Below are positions 44,455-55,367 of a DNA stretch of 64,000 bases, in pieces (within the stretch, counting starts at the first letter, position 1; the number at the start of each line of letters is the position of its first letter). The notes beneath the pieces are model-generated. The model did no database searches and was not told the origin of the DNA. It saw only the letters and a program-made list of their open reading frames with translations. The DNA comes from Escherichia phage vB_EcoM_G10400, in the sequence record MK327937.1; one strand, 5' to 3'. Made by a program: the position numbers and the translations under genes.

Positions 44455-46719
44455 TCATAATTTACAGGATGAACAATCTTCAGCTTTTGGAGTTTCTATT
44501 TCATAATCATCAGTACCAGAACCATCGCGGGTATTATGATAATAGAAATTTTTAATGCCATAATACCATCCGTATAGCATATCATCAATCATTATTGACA
44601 TTGGAACCTTTCCTTTTGGAAAAATCTGCGGGTCATAATATGTATTCGCTGAAGCTGATTGACATACCCATTTCAGCATAATAGCTACCTGCGTAAGATA
44701 AGGTTTATTACCTTTCTTAGCTAATTTCCATGTATAATCATATAGGTCTATGTTATGTTCAATATTGGGCACGACTTGATTAAAGGAACCCTCTTTTGAT
44801 TCTTTAACAGAGACTGGTCCACGTGGAGGCTCGATACCGTTTGTACTGTTAGAAACTTGGGAAGATGACTCACATGGCATAAGTGCTGATAGTGTGCTAT
44901 TACGGATGCCAAAGAGCTTAAGGTCTTCCCGCAGCGACGACCAGTCACAAACGTATTTTGGAGCTGCGATTTGGTCAATCTTTTTATTGTACCAGTCGAT
45001 AGGTAATTCGCCTCGAGACCAACGAGTGTCTGAATAATATTCACAAGGTCCTTTTTCTTTGGCGAGTTTAATGGATGCTTTAATGAGTCCATACTGTAAT
45101 CTCTCAAATAGTTCATGTGTTAAATCGTTAGCATCTTCATAAGAAGCAAAGTTACTTGCCAACCAAGCTGCATAGTTAGTAACACCTACACCGAGGTTAC
45201 GACGCTTTTTAGCTTTTTCTGCTTCAGGAACTGGATATCCTTGGTAATCCAAAAGATTATCAAGAGCACGAACCTGGACTTCTGCCAATTCATTAATTTT
45301 ATCTTGGTCTTGCCAGTCAAAATTATCCAGTACGAATGCAGAGAGAGTACACAATCCAATTTCAGCATCAGGACTATTCACATCATTTGTTGGAATAGCA
45401 ATTTCACAGCACAAGTTACTCTGACGAATAGGTGCCTTTTCACGAATAAACGGAGTATAGTTATTCGTATTATCAATGAACTGTACATAAATCCTTGCTG
45501 TTCCTGAGCGTTCAGTCATGAGCAATTCAAATAGTTCACGAGCTTTAATACGCTTTTTACGAATATTAGGGTCTTTTTCTGCTGCTTCGTACAATTCACG
45601 GAAACGGTCTTGGTCTTTAAAATAAGAATAATAAAGTTCGCCACCCATTTCATGCGGACTAAACAAAGTAATGTAATCGTTCTTTCCGAATCGTTCCATC
45701 ATTAGGTCATTCAGCTGGACGCCATAATCCATATGACGGATACGGTTTTCTTCTACACCTTTGTTATTTTTCAAAACGAGAAGATTTTCAACTTCCAAAT
45801 GCCAAATAGGATAATAAGCAGTAGCAGCGCCGCCACGAATTCCACCCTGTGAGCATGATTTAACTGCAGTCTGAAAATGTTTCCAAAAAGGAATAACACC
45901 GGTATGGCGTACTTCACCCATGCCAATCTTAGAACCTTCGGCACGAATCATACCAACGTTAATACCAATTCCAGCGCGTTTAGAGATATATTCAACAATC
46001 GAAGCGGAAGCCTTATTGATAGACTTCAGCGAATCACCTGCCTCAATAACAACACATGAACTAAACTGTCGAGTCGGAGTACGACAACCAGCCATAATAG
46101 GAGTTGGTAATGAAATCTGTCGAGTAGATACTGCTTCATAAAAACGAATAACATGTTTTAATCTATCAACAGGTTCATCTTGATGCAATGCCATTCCAAT
46201 AGTCATAAATGCAAACTGCGGAGTTTCATAAATTTGACCAGTGGTTTTATCTTTAACTAAATATTTTTCTTTTAATTGCATCGCCCCGGAATAAGTAAAT
46301 TCCATATCCCGCTCGTGCTTAATTTTTGATTCTAAAAATGTAATTTCTTCTGCTGAATATTTTGACAACAATTCAGGGTCATATTTACCTGCATTTACAC
46401 AGTAAGAAATATGGTCAATAAATGAACGTGGTTCATACTGCCCATAAACATGCTTACGAAGAGCAAACATTAAACAGCGTGCAGCTACATATTGATAATC
46501 AGGTTCTTCAACCGAAATAGAATTCGCAGCAGCCTTAATGACAATAGTCTGAATATCATCAGTTGTCATTCCATCACGGAGATATGATTTAATATTTTCA
46601 TATAATTCATAAGGATCTACTGATGTTCCCTCAGATGCCCAAGATAAAACTTTAATAATTTTTTGCGGGTCAAAGCTCTGAGAAACACCACTACTTTTGA
46701 TAACATTAATTAATTGCAT
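44455..46719 (-). CDS. nrdA: Ribonucleotide reductase alpha subunit
   Basis: 754-aa ORF, size and sequence match T4 NrdA; C-terminal CxxC tail. Confidence 0.95.
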   Translation of the reverse strand: MQLINVIKSSGVSQSFDPQKIIKVLSWASEGTSVDPYELYENIKSYLRDGMTTDDIQTIVIKAAANSISVEEPDYQYVAARCLMFALRKHVYGQYEPRSFIDHISYCVNAGKYDPELLSKYSAEEITFLESKIKHERDMEFTYSGAMQLKEKYLVKDKTTGQIYETPQFAFMTIGMALHQDEPVDRLKHVIRFYEAVSTRQISLPTPIMAGCRTPTRQFSSCVVIEAGDSLKSINKASASIVEYISKRAGIGINVGMIRAEGSKIGMGEVRHTGVIPFWKHFQTAVKSCSQGGIRGGAATAYYPIWHLEVENLLVLKNNKGVEENRIRHMDYGVQLNDLMMERFGKNDYITLFSPHEMGGELYYSYFKDQDRFRELYEAAEKDPNIRKKRIKARELFELLMTERSGTARIYVQFIDNTNNYTPFIREKAPIRQSNLCCEIAIPTNDVNSPDAEIGLCTLSAFVLDNFDWQDQDKINELAEVQVRALDNLLDYQGYPVPEAEKAKKRRNLGVGVTNYAAWLASNFASYEDANDLTHELFERLQYGLIKASIKLAKEKGPCEYYSDTRWSRGELPIDWYNKKIDQIAAPKYVCDWSSLREDLKLFGIRNSTLSALMPCESSSQVSNSTNGIEPPRGPVSVKESKEGSFNQVVPNIEHNIDLYDYTWKLAKKGNKPYLTQVAIMLKWVCQSASANTYYDPQIFPKGKVPMSIMIDDMLYGWYYGIKNFYYHNTRDGSGTDDYEIETPKAEDCSSCKL

Positions 46720-47036
46720 AAGTCCTCAACTTGAAAATCGTCTTTAAACAATCGGTTAACTATATGAGCTATTATATCACCATGACACGGCTTTGGTTTA
46801 CATGTGCATCCTAGCCTCATTCCACGTAAAGGCTCTAAATGTGCTTTAGTTATTTCTCCGGATTTAATTCGACGTATAAAATCTTTTTTGAATAATTCAA
46901 TGGCAGCCTCCCGGCTGCCAGCATCTTTACCGACGTAATTTCCCCAAAATGTACCACGGTGAATATTAACATCAAAGTCGGATTTATATTTATTCACTAC
47001 CTGGCATAGACGGCCCGCGCGGTGATAATTCGTCAT
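46710..47036 (-). CDS. Hypothetical protein (nrdA.1 position)
   Basis: 108-aa ORF. Confidence 0.55.
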   Translation of the reverse strand: MTNYHRAGRLCQVVNKYKSDFDVNIHRGTFWGNYVGKDAGSREAAIELFKKDFIRRIKSGEITKAHLEPLRGMRLGCTCKPKPCHGDIIAHIVNRLFKDDFQVEDLCN

Positions 47037-47253
47037 ATTGTTTTTCCGTTAAAACAGTAATATCATAGTAACAATCAGAAGAAGTTTTAACTGTAGAAAT
47101 TTTATTATCAAAATACTCACGAGTCATTTTATGAGTATAATATTTTTTGCCATAAATGATAATAGGCTGATTTGGTCCTGGAACTTCTAACTCACTTGGG
47201 TTAGGAAGTGTAAAAAGAACTACACCAGAAGTATCTTTAAATCGTAAAATCAT
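46990..47253 (-). CDS. Hypothetical protein (nrdA.2 position)
   Basis: 87-aa ORF. Confidence 0.5.
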   Translation of the reverse strand: MILRFKDTSGVVLFTLPNPSELEVPGPNQPIIIYGKKYYTHKMTREYFDNKISTVKTSSDCYYDITVLTEKQYDELSPRGPSMPGSE

Positions 47254-47276
47254 AAATCCTCACAATTAAATTAAAA

Positions 47277-47588
47277 TTACACCGCCATTTTTCCTTTCAA
47301 GACGCCGTGGGGCTGATAATCTTTGAGAACGAAATCTTTAGGCCTGAGTTTAAGAATGTATTCCAATTGTTCTTTAGTAGAAAGATAGCGGAATTTATAA
47401 GGCAATCCGCCTATTACCAGTTCACAAAGCTCTTTAGGTTCACGACGCAAAATTTCTTTACATTGTTCTACGTGATTCATATAGATATGAGTATTACCAC
47501 CGGAAAATATCAAATCTCCCGGAATAAGATTACACATCTTAGCTACAATATGAACTAACGTAGCATATGATGCAATATTAAATGGAAG
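47277..47588 (-). CDS. td: Thymidylate synthase, exon 2
   Basis: Encodes LPFNIASYATLVHIV...; intron ends ..CUGAACAUAAUG at 47589, as recalled for the T4 td intron. Confidence 0.9.
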   Translation of the reverse strand, partial: LPFNIASYATLVHIVAKMCNLIPGDLIFSGGNTHIYMNHVEQCKEILRREPKELCELVIGGLPYKFRYLSTKEQLEYILKLRPKDFVLKDYQPHGVLKGKMAV

Positions 47589-48604
47589 CATTATGTTCAG
47601 ATAAGGTCGTTAATCTTACCCCGGAATTATATCCAGCTGCATGTCACCATGCAGATCAGACTATATCTCCAACTTGTTAAAGCAAGTTGTCTATCGTTTC
47701 GAGTCACTTGACCCTACTCCCCAAAGGGATAGTCGTTAGGCATTTATGTAGAACCAATTCCATTTATCAGATTTTACACGATAAGTAACTAATCCAGACG
47801 AAATTTTAAAATGTCTAGTTGCATCTGCTGCACAATCAAAAATAACCCCATCACATGAAATCTTTTTAATATTACTAGGCTTTTTACCTTTCATCTTTTC
47901 TGATATTTTAGATTTAGTTATGTCTGAATGCTTATGATTAAAGAATGAATTATTTTCACCTGAACGATTTCTGCATTTACTACAAGTATAAGCAGAAGTT
48001 TGTATGCGAACACCGCACTTACAAAACTTATGGGTTTCTGGATTCCAACGCCCGTTTTTACTTCCGGGTTTACTGTAAAGAGCTTTCCGACCATCAGGTC
48101 CAAGTTTAAGCATCTTAGCTTTAACAGTTTCAGAACGTTTCTTAATAATTTCTTCTTTTAATGGATGCGTAGAACATGTATCACCAAACGTTGCATCAGC
48201 AATATTGTATCCATTAATTTTAGAATTAAGCTCTTTAATCCAAAAATTTTCTCGTTCAATAATCAAATCTTTCTCATATGGAATTTCTTCCAAAATAGAA
48301 CATTCAAACACATTACCATGTTTGTTAAAAGACCTCTGAAGCTTTATAGAAGAATGGCATCCTTTTTCTAAATCTTTAAAATGCCTCTTCCATCTCTTTT
48401 CAAAATCTTTAGCACTTCCTACATATACTTTATTGTTTAAAGTATTTTTAATCTGATAAATTCCGCTTTTCATAAATACCTCTTTAAATATAGAAGTATT
48501 TATTAAAGGGCAGTCCTACAATTTAGCACGGGATTGTCTACTAGAGAGGTTCCCCGTTTAGATAGATTACAAGTATAAGTCACCTTATACTCAGGCCTCA
48601 ATTA
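47589..48604 (-). mobile_element. Group I self-splicing intron in td (1016 nt) carrying I-TevI
   Basis: 5' end UAAUUGAGGCCUGAGUAUAAGGUGACUUAUAC.. follows exon 1 ..CUUGGGU; length 1016 nt equals the T4 td intron. Confidence 0.9.
47736..48473 (-). CDS. I-TevI: Intron-encoded GIY-YIG homing endonuclease I-TevI
   Basis: 245-aa ORF with N-terminal GIY-YIG motif (SGIYQIKNTLNNKVYVGSA) inside td intron. Confidence 0.93.
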   Translation of the reverse strand: MKSGIYQIKNTLNNKVYVGSAKDFEKRWKRHFKDLEKGCHSSIKLQRSFNKHGNVFECSILEEIPYEKDLIIERENFWIKELNSKINGYNIADATFGDTCSTHPLKEEIIKKRSETVKAKMLKLGPDGRKALYSKPGSKNGRWNPETHKFCKCGVRIQTSAYTCSKCRNRSGENNSFFNHKHSDITKSKISEKMKGKKPSNIKKISCDGVIFDCAADATRHFKISSGLVTYRVKSDKWNWFYINA

Positions 48605-49153
48605 ACCCAAGAAAACATCTACTGATCGTTGATACCACTGCAAATCCAAATAGCCATTACGCACATTAAACTGATAGAACATATGACAAGGCGGTAATGC
48701 CATTTGCTTAAGTTCTGCCGGATTCCATGCTGAAACAATTTGACGCCTATCATTTGGCAGTTTTTTAATACGATCAATAACTTCTATAATTTGGTCTACA
48801 CCGCCAAAATCACGCCATTGTTTTCCATAAATTGGACCAAGTTCACCGCTATGGTATCCTAAATCTTTTGCTTGATTTTCGTAATTTTCATCCCAGACTG
48901 TTTTGCCTTGAATTAATGAATTATGTTGAATTAATCGCAAATCATTTACGTTAGTACTTCCTGATAAGAACCACAATAACTCAGAAATACATGCATTCCA
49001 GGCGAGCTTCTTAGTTGTTACTGCAGGAAAACCTTTAGTTAAATCCCAGCGTAATTTAGTACCGAACAAAGCAATTGTTCCTGTGCCCGTTCGGTCATCA
49101 GTTTCATAACCATTTTCAAAAATGTCTTTAATTAAATCTTGGTATTGTTTCAT
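48605..49153 (-). CDS. td: Thymidylate synthase, exon 1
   Basis: 183 codons ending ..YQRSVDVFLG; exon 1 plus exon 2 gives 286 aa. Confidence 0.9.
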
Positions 49154-49198
49154 TTAGTACCTTATATAAATTATAATACATTTTATGAAGCTAAATAA

Positions 49199-49558
49199 TC
49201 AATACGGTTTAGCATCAAATTTTCTCTCAATTTCAGGCGTGAAATATAATTCTTTACCGCGTTTGGAAAAGCGACCAATAATATGATAATTATTCTCATC
49301 AAACGTGATATTACCAATATCCATAGCTTTCAACCAAATATCGATATTTCTATCCAGCTTTATGTCAAAATTCCAATACGGAGAACTATTACCGAAAATA
49401 CTGCAAGCGGATTCAGTGAAACAACTGCTATAAATCTTGTCTTTAGGAACTACTAATTGATAGACACCTTTAATAAACTGAGGACCCTGCCACTTTGGCT
49501 GTTTCGCGTCTTCTTCTAATAGAATAGGGTAATAATTAAAATTCATATTTTCCGCCAC
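49199..49558 (-). CDS. Hypothetical protein between td and frd
   Basis: 119-aa ORF (GTG 49558 or ATG 49546) with no recognised motif. Confidence 0.5.
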   Translation of the reverse strand: MAENMNFNYYPILLEEDAKQPKWQGPQFIKGVYQLVVPKDKIYSSCFTESACSIFGNSSPYWNFDIKLDRNIDIWLKAMDIGNITFDENNYHIIGRFSKRGKELYFTPEIERKFDAKPY

Positions 49559-49566
49559 GTGTTATT

Positions 49567-50393
<827 letters not shown>

Positions 50394-50404
50394 ATTATCT
50401 CCTA

Positions 50405-50737
50405 TTAAAAAGGATCAGGAATATATCCGCTAGCTTTAATCATTTTAATTAACGTTAGCATTCCTTTATTAACCGCTCGTGAGATTTCATCAAAAACTTC
50501 ATCACTAAAAAGTTCTAACACACCCTTCTGAACTTTTAATTTACAGCCAACAATTTCGTCATCGCCTATAGTAAATTCATTACCACCAATTCCTCCGAAA
50601 AACTTAATTACACCAGTTAACTGTCTTCCACGAGAATATGGGTCGTGTGATAAATTAATATGAGTCACCCCGGGTACAGTTTTAAATTGGCAGCGAATGT
50701 TTACTTGGGAAATTCCAGTTACATGAATATCAGACAT
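50405..50737 (-). CDS. Hypothetical protein (frd.2 position)
   Basis: 110-aa ORF. Confidence 0.55.
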   Translation of the reverse strand: MSDIHVTGISQVNIRCQFKTVPGVTHINLSHDPYSRGRQLTGVIKFFGGIGGNEFTIGDDEIVGCKLKVQKGVLELFSDEVFDEISRAVNKGMLTLIKMIKASGYIPDPF

Positions 50738-50747
50738 AATATTTTCC

Positions 50748-51047
50748 TCAAACAGACTTTTTCACAATTTTCCAATCAGCTTTAAACTGTTCAACGTCAG
50801 AATGGTAAATCCAGAATCCTGCGCTTTCTCCATCCTCATAAAGAGGGCATCCATCACATTCATCTTCCCATCCCATATCACGCAAAAGACGTTCAGCTTT
50901 TTCAACAAGTTCAGAATCTTTACCAATAATATTAAAATACCATTTACCTCTAACTTCTGAATCTTTGATACTCTGACGTTGTAATCTCATTTTATTCTCC
51001 TTAGTTGATAAGGCTATAGTATCACTACCATAGCCTGTTGTAAACAA
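50748..51047 (-). CDS. Hypothetical protein (frd.3 position)
   Basis: 99-aa ORF. Confidence 0.55.
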   Translation of the reverse strand: MFTTGYGSDTIALSTKENKMRLQRQSIKDSEVRGKWYFNIIGKDSELVEKAERLLRDMGWEDECDGCPLYEDGESAGFWIYHSDVEQFKADWKIVKKSV

Positions 51048-51341
51048 TTATTTTTGAATTTTATCGAGCCACTTACCAAGCTTAATCATTTCTTTAGTAG
51101 CCTTTTCCATACTTCTGAACTTAACCAATAGAGGATAGGTATCGACACCCATAACTAAACTGGTTACAAGACTGTGTTCACCCACAAGCCATAACGAATA
51201 CGTTTGAATATCGAGCCCGTAATTTCTGTCTTTGTGGACCCGTACACCTATCACTTCAAATTTCTCACTAGCTTTTTCTACCGCATCCAGGAAATCATCT
51301 TTAGTCATATTAGGCCTTAAAAGTTTTTCGCAAAAGTTCAA
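51048..51341 (-). CDS. Hypothetical protein
   Basis: 97-aa ORF; start may be the internal ATG (MTKDDF..). Confidence 0.5.
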   Translation of the reverse strand: MNFCEKLLRPNMTKDDFLDAVEKASEKFEVIGVRVHKDRNYGLDIQTYSLWLVGEHSLVTSLVMGVDTYPLLVKFRSMEKATKEMIKLGKWLDKIQK

Positions 51342-51732
51342 TGATTTCGTCTACATTGTTTTCATCTACAATGCAGTGAATTTTTGTTACGCCAGAAACC
51401 TTGTCTTTGACTTCATCTTCTTCAGAAGTCGGTTCTTTATACTCGCGAAAACAATGAAATTCGTCTTCACAAACGTTAAAGTAAAAATGCTTTCCATTTG
51501 CGCATTCAATGTGTTTTATTACTCTAAATCCATCAACAAAGAAAGCTTCTTTAACTTCAAACCATCCGCCGTTTTCTTGAATAATTTTAACTATTGATGA
51601 ATTAGAACGTGGGCGATAATTAATAAATGTATCAATAAGTCTTGGAACAAGCTCATACTTTTTGCCGATATACATTACGGTTTCCTCATTTTGATAGGGG
51701 CTTGATAGAGCCCCTTGATAATTATTGTTCAA
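51310..51732 (-). CDS. Hypothetical protein
   Basis: 140-aa ORF. Confidence 0.5.
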   Translation of the reverse strand: MNNNYQGALSSPYQNEETVMYIGKKYELVPRLIDTFINYRPRSNSSIVKIIQENGGWFEVKEAFFVDGFRVIKHIECANGKHFYFNVCEDEFHCFREYKEPTSEEDEVKDKVSGVTKIHCIVDENNVDEIIELLRKTFKA

Positions 51733-52012
51733 TCAGTCCCATGTAAAATTCTGCGTCTTCAGAATCCATGCCATCACAATATTCATTAGCCATAAAGCGG
51801 GTGAGGTCTTCAAGAGGACCTTCAATAACGATTTGAATACTCCAAAACTTAGAATCTTGTACGCTTGTGATACTAAGTTCAGGATAACGATTACGAATAA
51901 TTTCTTCAATATATTCAAAATCAACGATGTCAATATCAACTTTAGCCATATTATTTTCCTCTTTAATTATCAGCAGTATTGCCGATAGTTGTATAGTACC
52001 ATGGAAGGACAA
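51722..52012 (-). CDS. Hypothetical protein
   Basis: 96-aa ORF. Confidence 0.5.
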   Translation of the reverse strand: MSFHGTIQLSAILLIIKEENNMAKVDIDIVDFEYIEEIIRNRYPELSITSVQDSKFWSIQIVIEGPLEDLTRFMANEYCDGMDSEDAEFYMGLIEQ

Positions 52013-52052
52013 GGATGTAAACCGTTTTGTGAAAAATTTTTAAAATAAAAAA

Positions 52053-52071
52053 GGGGACCCTAGAGGTCCCC
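52053..52071 (-). terminator. Rho-independent terminator downstream of gene 32
   Basis: GGGGACC-ucuag-GGUCCCC hairpin followed by U-rich run when read on minus strand. Confidence 0.7.
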
Positions 52072-52093
52072 AATTAATTAGTAATATAATCTA

Positions 52094-53002
52094 TTAAAGG
52101 TCATTCAAAAGGTCATCCAGGTCCGTGTCATCAGCACTAGATGAACTGCCAGAGCTTGAGCTCATAAAATCATCTTCAGTTTTTGTATTGAAGTCATCAA
52201 CATTGAATGCATCCAAATCATCAGCAACTTTATCAGCTTTCTTAGCAGCAGTTGCAGCGGCACCGCCCATCACAGCAGTTCCCATAACTTGACCGAATTT
52301 AGTGCTCAGTTCTTCAAATGATTTGAATTTATCTTTAGAAGTCATTTCAGAAAGGTCAACCATTTGTTCGAACAGTTCTTTCTGAAAAGATTCATCATCA
52401 ATGTTTGGAATCGCAGATTGATTCAGGAATTTAGATTCATCGTAGTTACTAAATCCAGAAACCTGTTTAACTTTCAGTACAAAGTTAGCACCTTCCCACG
52501 GACAAGTTACATCAACCGGAGTTTCACCCATTTCAACATCAACTGCAATCATTGCATTGATTTTATCCCAGATTTTCTTACCGAAACGGTATTTAAATAC
52601 TTTACCTTCATTTTCTGGAGCAGCTGGGTCTTTTACAACAAGAATGTTAGCCCAGTAAGAAGTTTTACGTTTAACAAGACTGTACTCTTTATTGTCAGTG
52701 TTGTACAGATCATTTTTACTGATGTATTGACATACTGGGCAAGAATCGTAATCACCGTGGGTAGATGAACAGTTTTCAATATACCATTTACCATTTTTCT
52801 TGAAACCGTGATTTACAAGAATTGCGAATGGTGCTTGTTCATCATTTTTAGACGGAAGAAAACGAATTACTGCTTGACCGTTACCCGCATTGTCGAGTTT
52901 CAGTTTCCACTCGCCTTTATCTTCAGAAGAAAAACCACCTTTATTTCCAGCCAGTTTAGCCATTTGCGCAGCGAGTTCAGCAGTAGATTTACGTTTAAAC
53001 AT
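52094..53002 (-). CDS. 32: Single-stranded DNA-binding protein
   Basis: 302-aa ORF matching T4 gp32, including acidic Ser/Asp-rich C-terminal tail. Confidence 0.96.
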   Translation of the reverse strand: MFKRKSTAELAAQMAKLAGNKGGFSSEDKGEWKLKLDNAGNGQAVIRFLPSKNDEQAPFAILVNHGFKKNGKWYIENCSSTHGDYDSCPVCQYISKNDLYNTDNKEYSLVKRKTSYWANILVVKDPAAPENEGKVFKYRFGKKIWDKINAMIAVDVEMGETPVDVTCPWEGANFVLKVKQVSGFSNYDESKFLNQSAIPNIDDESFQKELFEQMVDLSEMTSKDKFKSFEELSTKFGQVMGTAVMGGAAATAAKKADKVADDLDAFNVDDFNTKTEDDFMSSSSGSSSSADDTDLDDLLNDL

Positions 53003-53101
53003 TTTTATTTCCTTTTTAATTTAATTAACAGTTGGTGCTATGACGATGTATGACCTCATAGCTGGTCAATGAGATAATTATAATCTATTTATAATAAGCA
53101 A
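53003..53101 (-). promoter_or_regulatory. Gene 32 leader: late promoter TATAAATA (53086-53093) and A/U-rich UUAAA-repeat translational operator
   Basis: Minus strand reads ..TATAAATA..GCACCAACUGUUAAUUAAAUUAAAAAGGAAAUAAAAAUG, resembling the gp32 autoregulatory operator. Confidence 0.5.
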
Positions 53102-53755
53102 TTAATACTTACAAGATTTCACAGTTTCAATGAAAACATTTTTAGCTTTCTGTGAATCAATATTTAAAATTTTTCTATAAGCCTTTAACTTTATAGAATA
53201 ATTATTCCAGACTAAATTATCAGTCTGTTCATCATGTTTATCAATTATATTTAAAAATGAATCAAGCAAGATAAACGTCTCAAACGAAATTATGTTCGAT
53301 TGCAGAAGTTTAAAAATATAACTTGACTGAACCTTTGGATTATATTCAAAGATTTCTTTAAAAGCAGAAACTTCAACTTTTTTACTAAAATAGTAAATAT
53401 TGCGAATATCTTCTTCAAACTTAAACTTAATTTGCTTTAAGCGTCCGATATATTCACGATAAAACACAAGTGCATCAGCGTCAGAGATGTCACCAATCCA
53501 AGCATCTTGGTTAGCAACCAAATTACTTATAAAGATTAAAGCAAGTTCCTTTAATTTATATTTTTCTGATAACTTCTGGAAAAAATACTTATCCCTTCGC
53601 TTTTGATAAGCGGCATCAGACACCCGCATGCACCAATTATACTTAATTACATCATACTTTCCATTCATATGCTGTTTTATCATTAAGTATAATTTATAAA
53701 CTGATTTACCATCAATGTATCTTTCACCACCAGCAGGCATGCGGAGTTTAATCAT
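53102..53755 (-). CDS. 59: Helicase loader gp59
   Basis: 217-aa ORF, size and sequence match T4 gp59. Confidence 0.92.
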   Translation of the reverse strand: MIKLRMPAGGERYIDGKSVYKLYLMIKQHMNGKYDVIKYNWCMRVSDAAYQKRRDKYFFQKLSEKYKLKELALIFISNLVANQDAWIGDISDADALVFYREYIGRLKQIKFKFEEDIRNIYYFSKKVEVSAFKEIFEYNPKVQSSYIFKLLQSNIISFETFILLDSFLNIIDKHDEQTDNLVWNNYSIKLKAYRKILNIDSQKAKNVFIETVKSCKY

Positions 53756-54090
53756 AGCAGAAAATCTAATGTATTAGTTTTTTCACAACGAACAACAGAA
53801 GGACGTAAAAGATTTTCGTCAATAGCTTCTGACTGAATTTTTTCAATTATACCCGAAGGAATAAATTTAGCAAATTGAGTTTCAGGAATAGAATTTTCTT
53901 CCAAGAATGCTGTTGTAGCTTCAAGATAACTCATTCCAAACTCTTCTACCATTTTTTCAATAATAAATCCGTTTTCTTGACGATCAAGAAGCTTTGCTAT
54001 TTCATCCTTTTCTTTCTTGATTGAAAGTTCTTTTTCTGAAAGACCGGTCTCATCGACCGGACGAATATCATTTAGAGAAAACTGTGTCAT
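53752..54090 (-). CDS. 33: Late transcription co-activator gp33
   Basis: Track ORF 115 aa; ATG 54090 gives 112 aa starting MTQFSLNDIRPV as in T4 gp33. Confidence 0.88.
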   Translation of the reverse strand: MTQFSLNDIRPVDETGLSEKELSIKKEKDEIAKLLDRQENGFIIEKMVEEFGMSYLEATTAFLEENSIPETQFAKFIPSGIIEKIQSEAIDENLLRPSVVRCEKTNTLDFLL

Positions 54091-54337
54091 AAAGTTCAAC
54101 TACCTCTTCAGTTTCAGCTTCAAACACATCACGGTTATCTTTATGATACAAAGCTAATAGACGATTAAACATCTTACCATCAACGCCAAGTTCATCTTTA
54201 GCACGAATTCGAATATCTTTAATTAGTTCATTATAACCGGAAATTTTCAGTTTATGATCAGATGCTTCTTTAATAAATTTAGCCAAGTCTTCGCCATGGA
54301 TAGCTTCATCAAATTCAACCATTTCTTTTTTAGCCAT
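54068..54337 (-). CDS. dsbA: dsDNA-binding protein DsbA
   Basis: 89-aa ORF, T4 synteny and size. Confidence 0.85.
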   Translation of the reverse strand: MAKKEMVEFDEAIHGEDLAKFIKEASDHKLKISGYNELIKDIRIRAKDELGVDGKMFNRLLALYHKDNRDVFEAETEEVVELYDTVFSK

Positions 54338-54345
54338 TATTCACC

Positions 54346-55263
54346 TCAAAATTCATTAATGCTATTAGTTAATTTAGAAAGACCCGCTTTTACAAAATAT
54401 GAATAAATTTTGCCACGCGGTGGTAATTTATATGAATTATAGTAATTCACAATGTTTGAAGCAATATTATCAGGAATATAATCAAAATCAATTAGAACTA
54501 AATTTTCTTTATAACGATTATATTCAGATTCTGTGAGAAGCACCTTAGCTTGCTCACGGTCATTAGCAATAGCTTCAACGATTGAAGTTTTCATTGAAGG
54601 AGTTCGTTCACCTTCAACTTTGGTAAACCAAAAGTCAGATCGTACTTTAACTGAAGCAACGTTATCCTTTTTGTCGCCTTTAAGGATTTTAGTCATACAG
54701 TCAATTTCAGCAGAACCGCTTTTAATTTTAACCCATTTCTTGTGCATCGGTGACCATTGCTTAACATTTGGATATTTGTGAAGCTGTGTAAAGTCACCAT
54801 CCGATGAAATGATTAAAATCTTGTGTCCTTCTAAAGAGAACTTTTTAACAAGAACAGCAATGTGGTCATCTGCTTCATACTTATCAATATCCATAACAAT
54901 GTATGGCATATAAGCTTTCAATTCATCTATGACTTTATGACTGGATTCAAAATAACCTTCCCAGTCCCAAGTAGATTCTTCTCGTGCTTTTCCGCGGTTT
55001 TTCTTGTAATAGTAAGCAAAATCACGACGCCAATATCCAGATTTCGCATTATCAATACACAGTACAATTTTAGTGTATCCAAGCGTTTTTGCTTTTTTGA
55101 CATTAAACTTAATTGAGTTCAATATCAAATGACGAACCATTGATAAATTAATTTTTTCTTTATCTGGGAAGTTTACCAAAGCAGTTGAAAGCGCAATTTG
55201 ACTAAAGTCAATAAAGCAAATTCCTTCTTTGTAATCTTCATCCAACATCATTTCTAAATCCAT
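54346..55263 (-). CDS. rnh: RNase H (5'-3' exonuclease / flap endonuclease)
   Basis: Track ORF 310 aa; ATG 55263 gives 305 aa starting MDLEMMLDEDYKEG as in T4 RNase H. Confidence 0.9.
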   Translation of the reverse strand: MDLEMMLDEDYKEGICFIDFSQIALSTALVNFPDKEKINLSMVRHLILNSIKFNVKKAKTLGYTKIVLCIDNAKSGYWRRDFAYYYKKNRGKAREESTWDWEGYFESSHKVIDELKAYMPYIVMDIDKYEADDHIAVLVKKFSLEGHKILIISSDGDFTQLHKYPNVKQWSPMHKKWVKIKSGSAEIDCMTKILKGDKKDNVASVKVRSDFWFTKVEGERTPSMKTSIVEAIANDREQAKVLLTESEYNRYKENLVLIDFDYIPDNIASNIVNYYNSYKLPPRGKIYSYFVKAGLSKLTNSINEF

Positions 55264-55325
55264 ATGAACCTCGTTCAATTAGTGAGATTTCTATTATATA
55301 CCATCCAAATCTTAAAGTAAACAAG

Positions 55326-55333
55326 TATAAATA
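55326..55333 (+). promoter_or_regulatory. Late promoter TATAAATA upstream of gene 34
   Basis: Exact octamer 35 nt upstream of ATG 55368; AGGAG SD. Confidence 0.55.
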
Positions 55334-55367
55334 CTTATTATTGAAAACACAATAGGAGCCCGGGAGA

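Noticed and set aside
47277-49153. td as a disrupted pseudogene
   Set aside because: The interruption has the length and termini of the T4 td group I intron and contains I-TevI.
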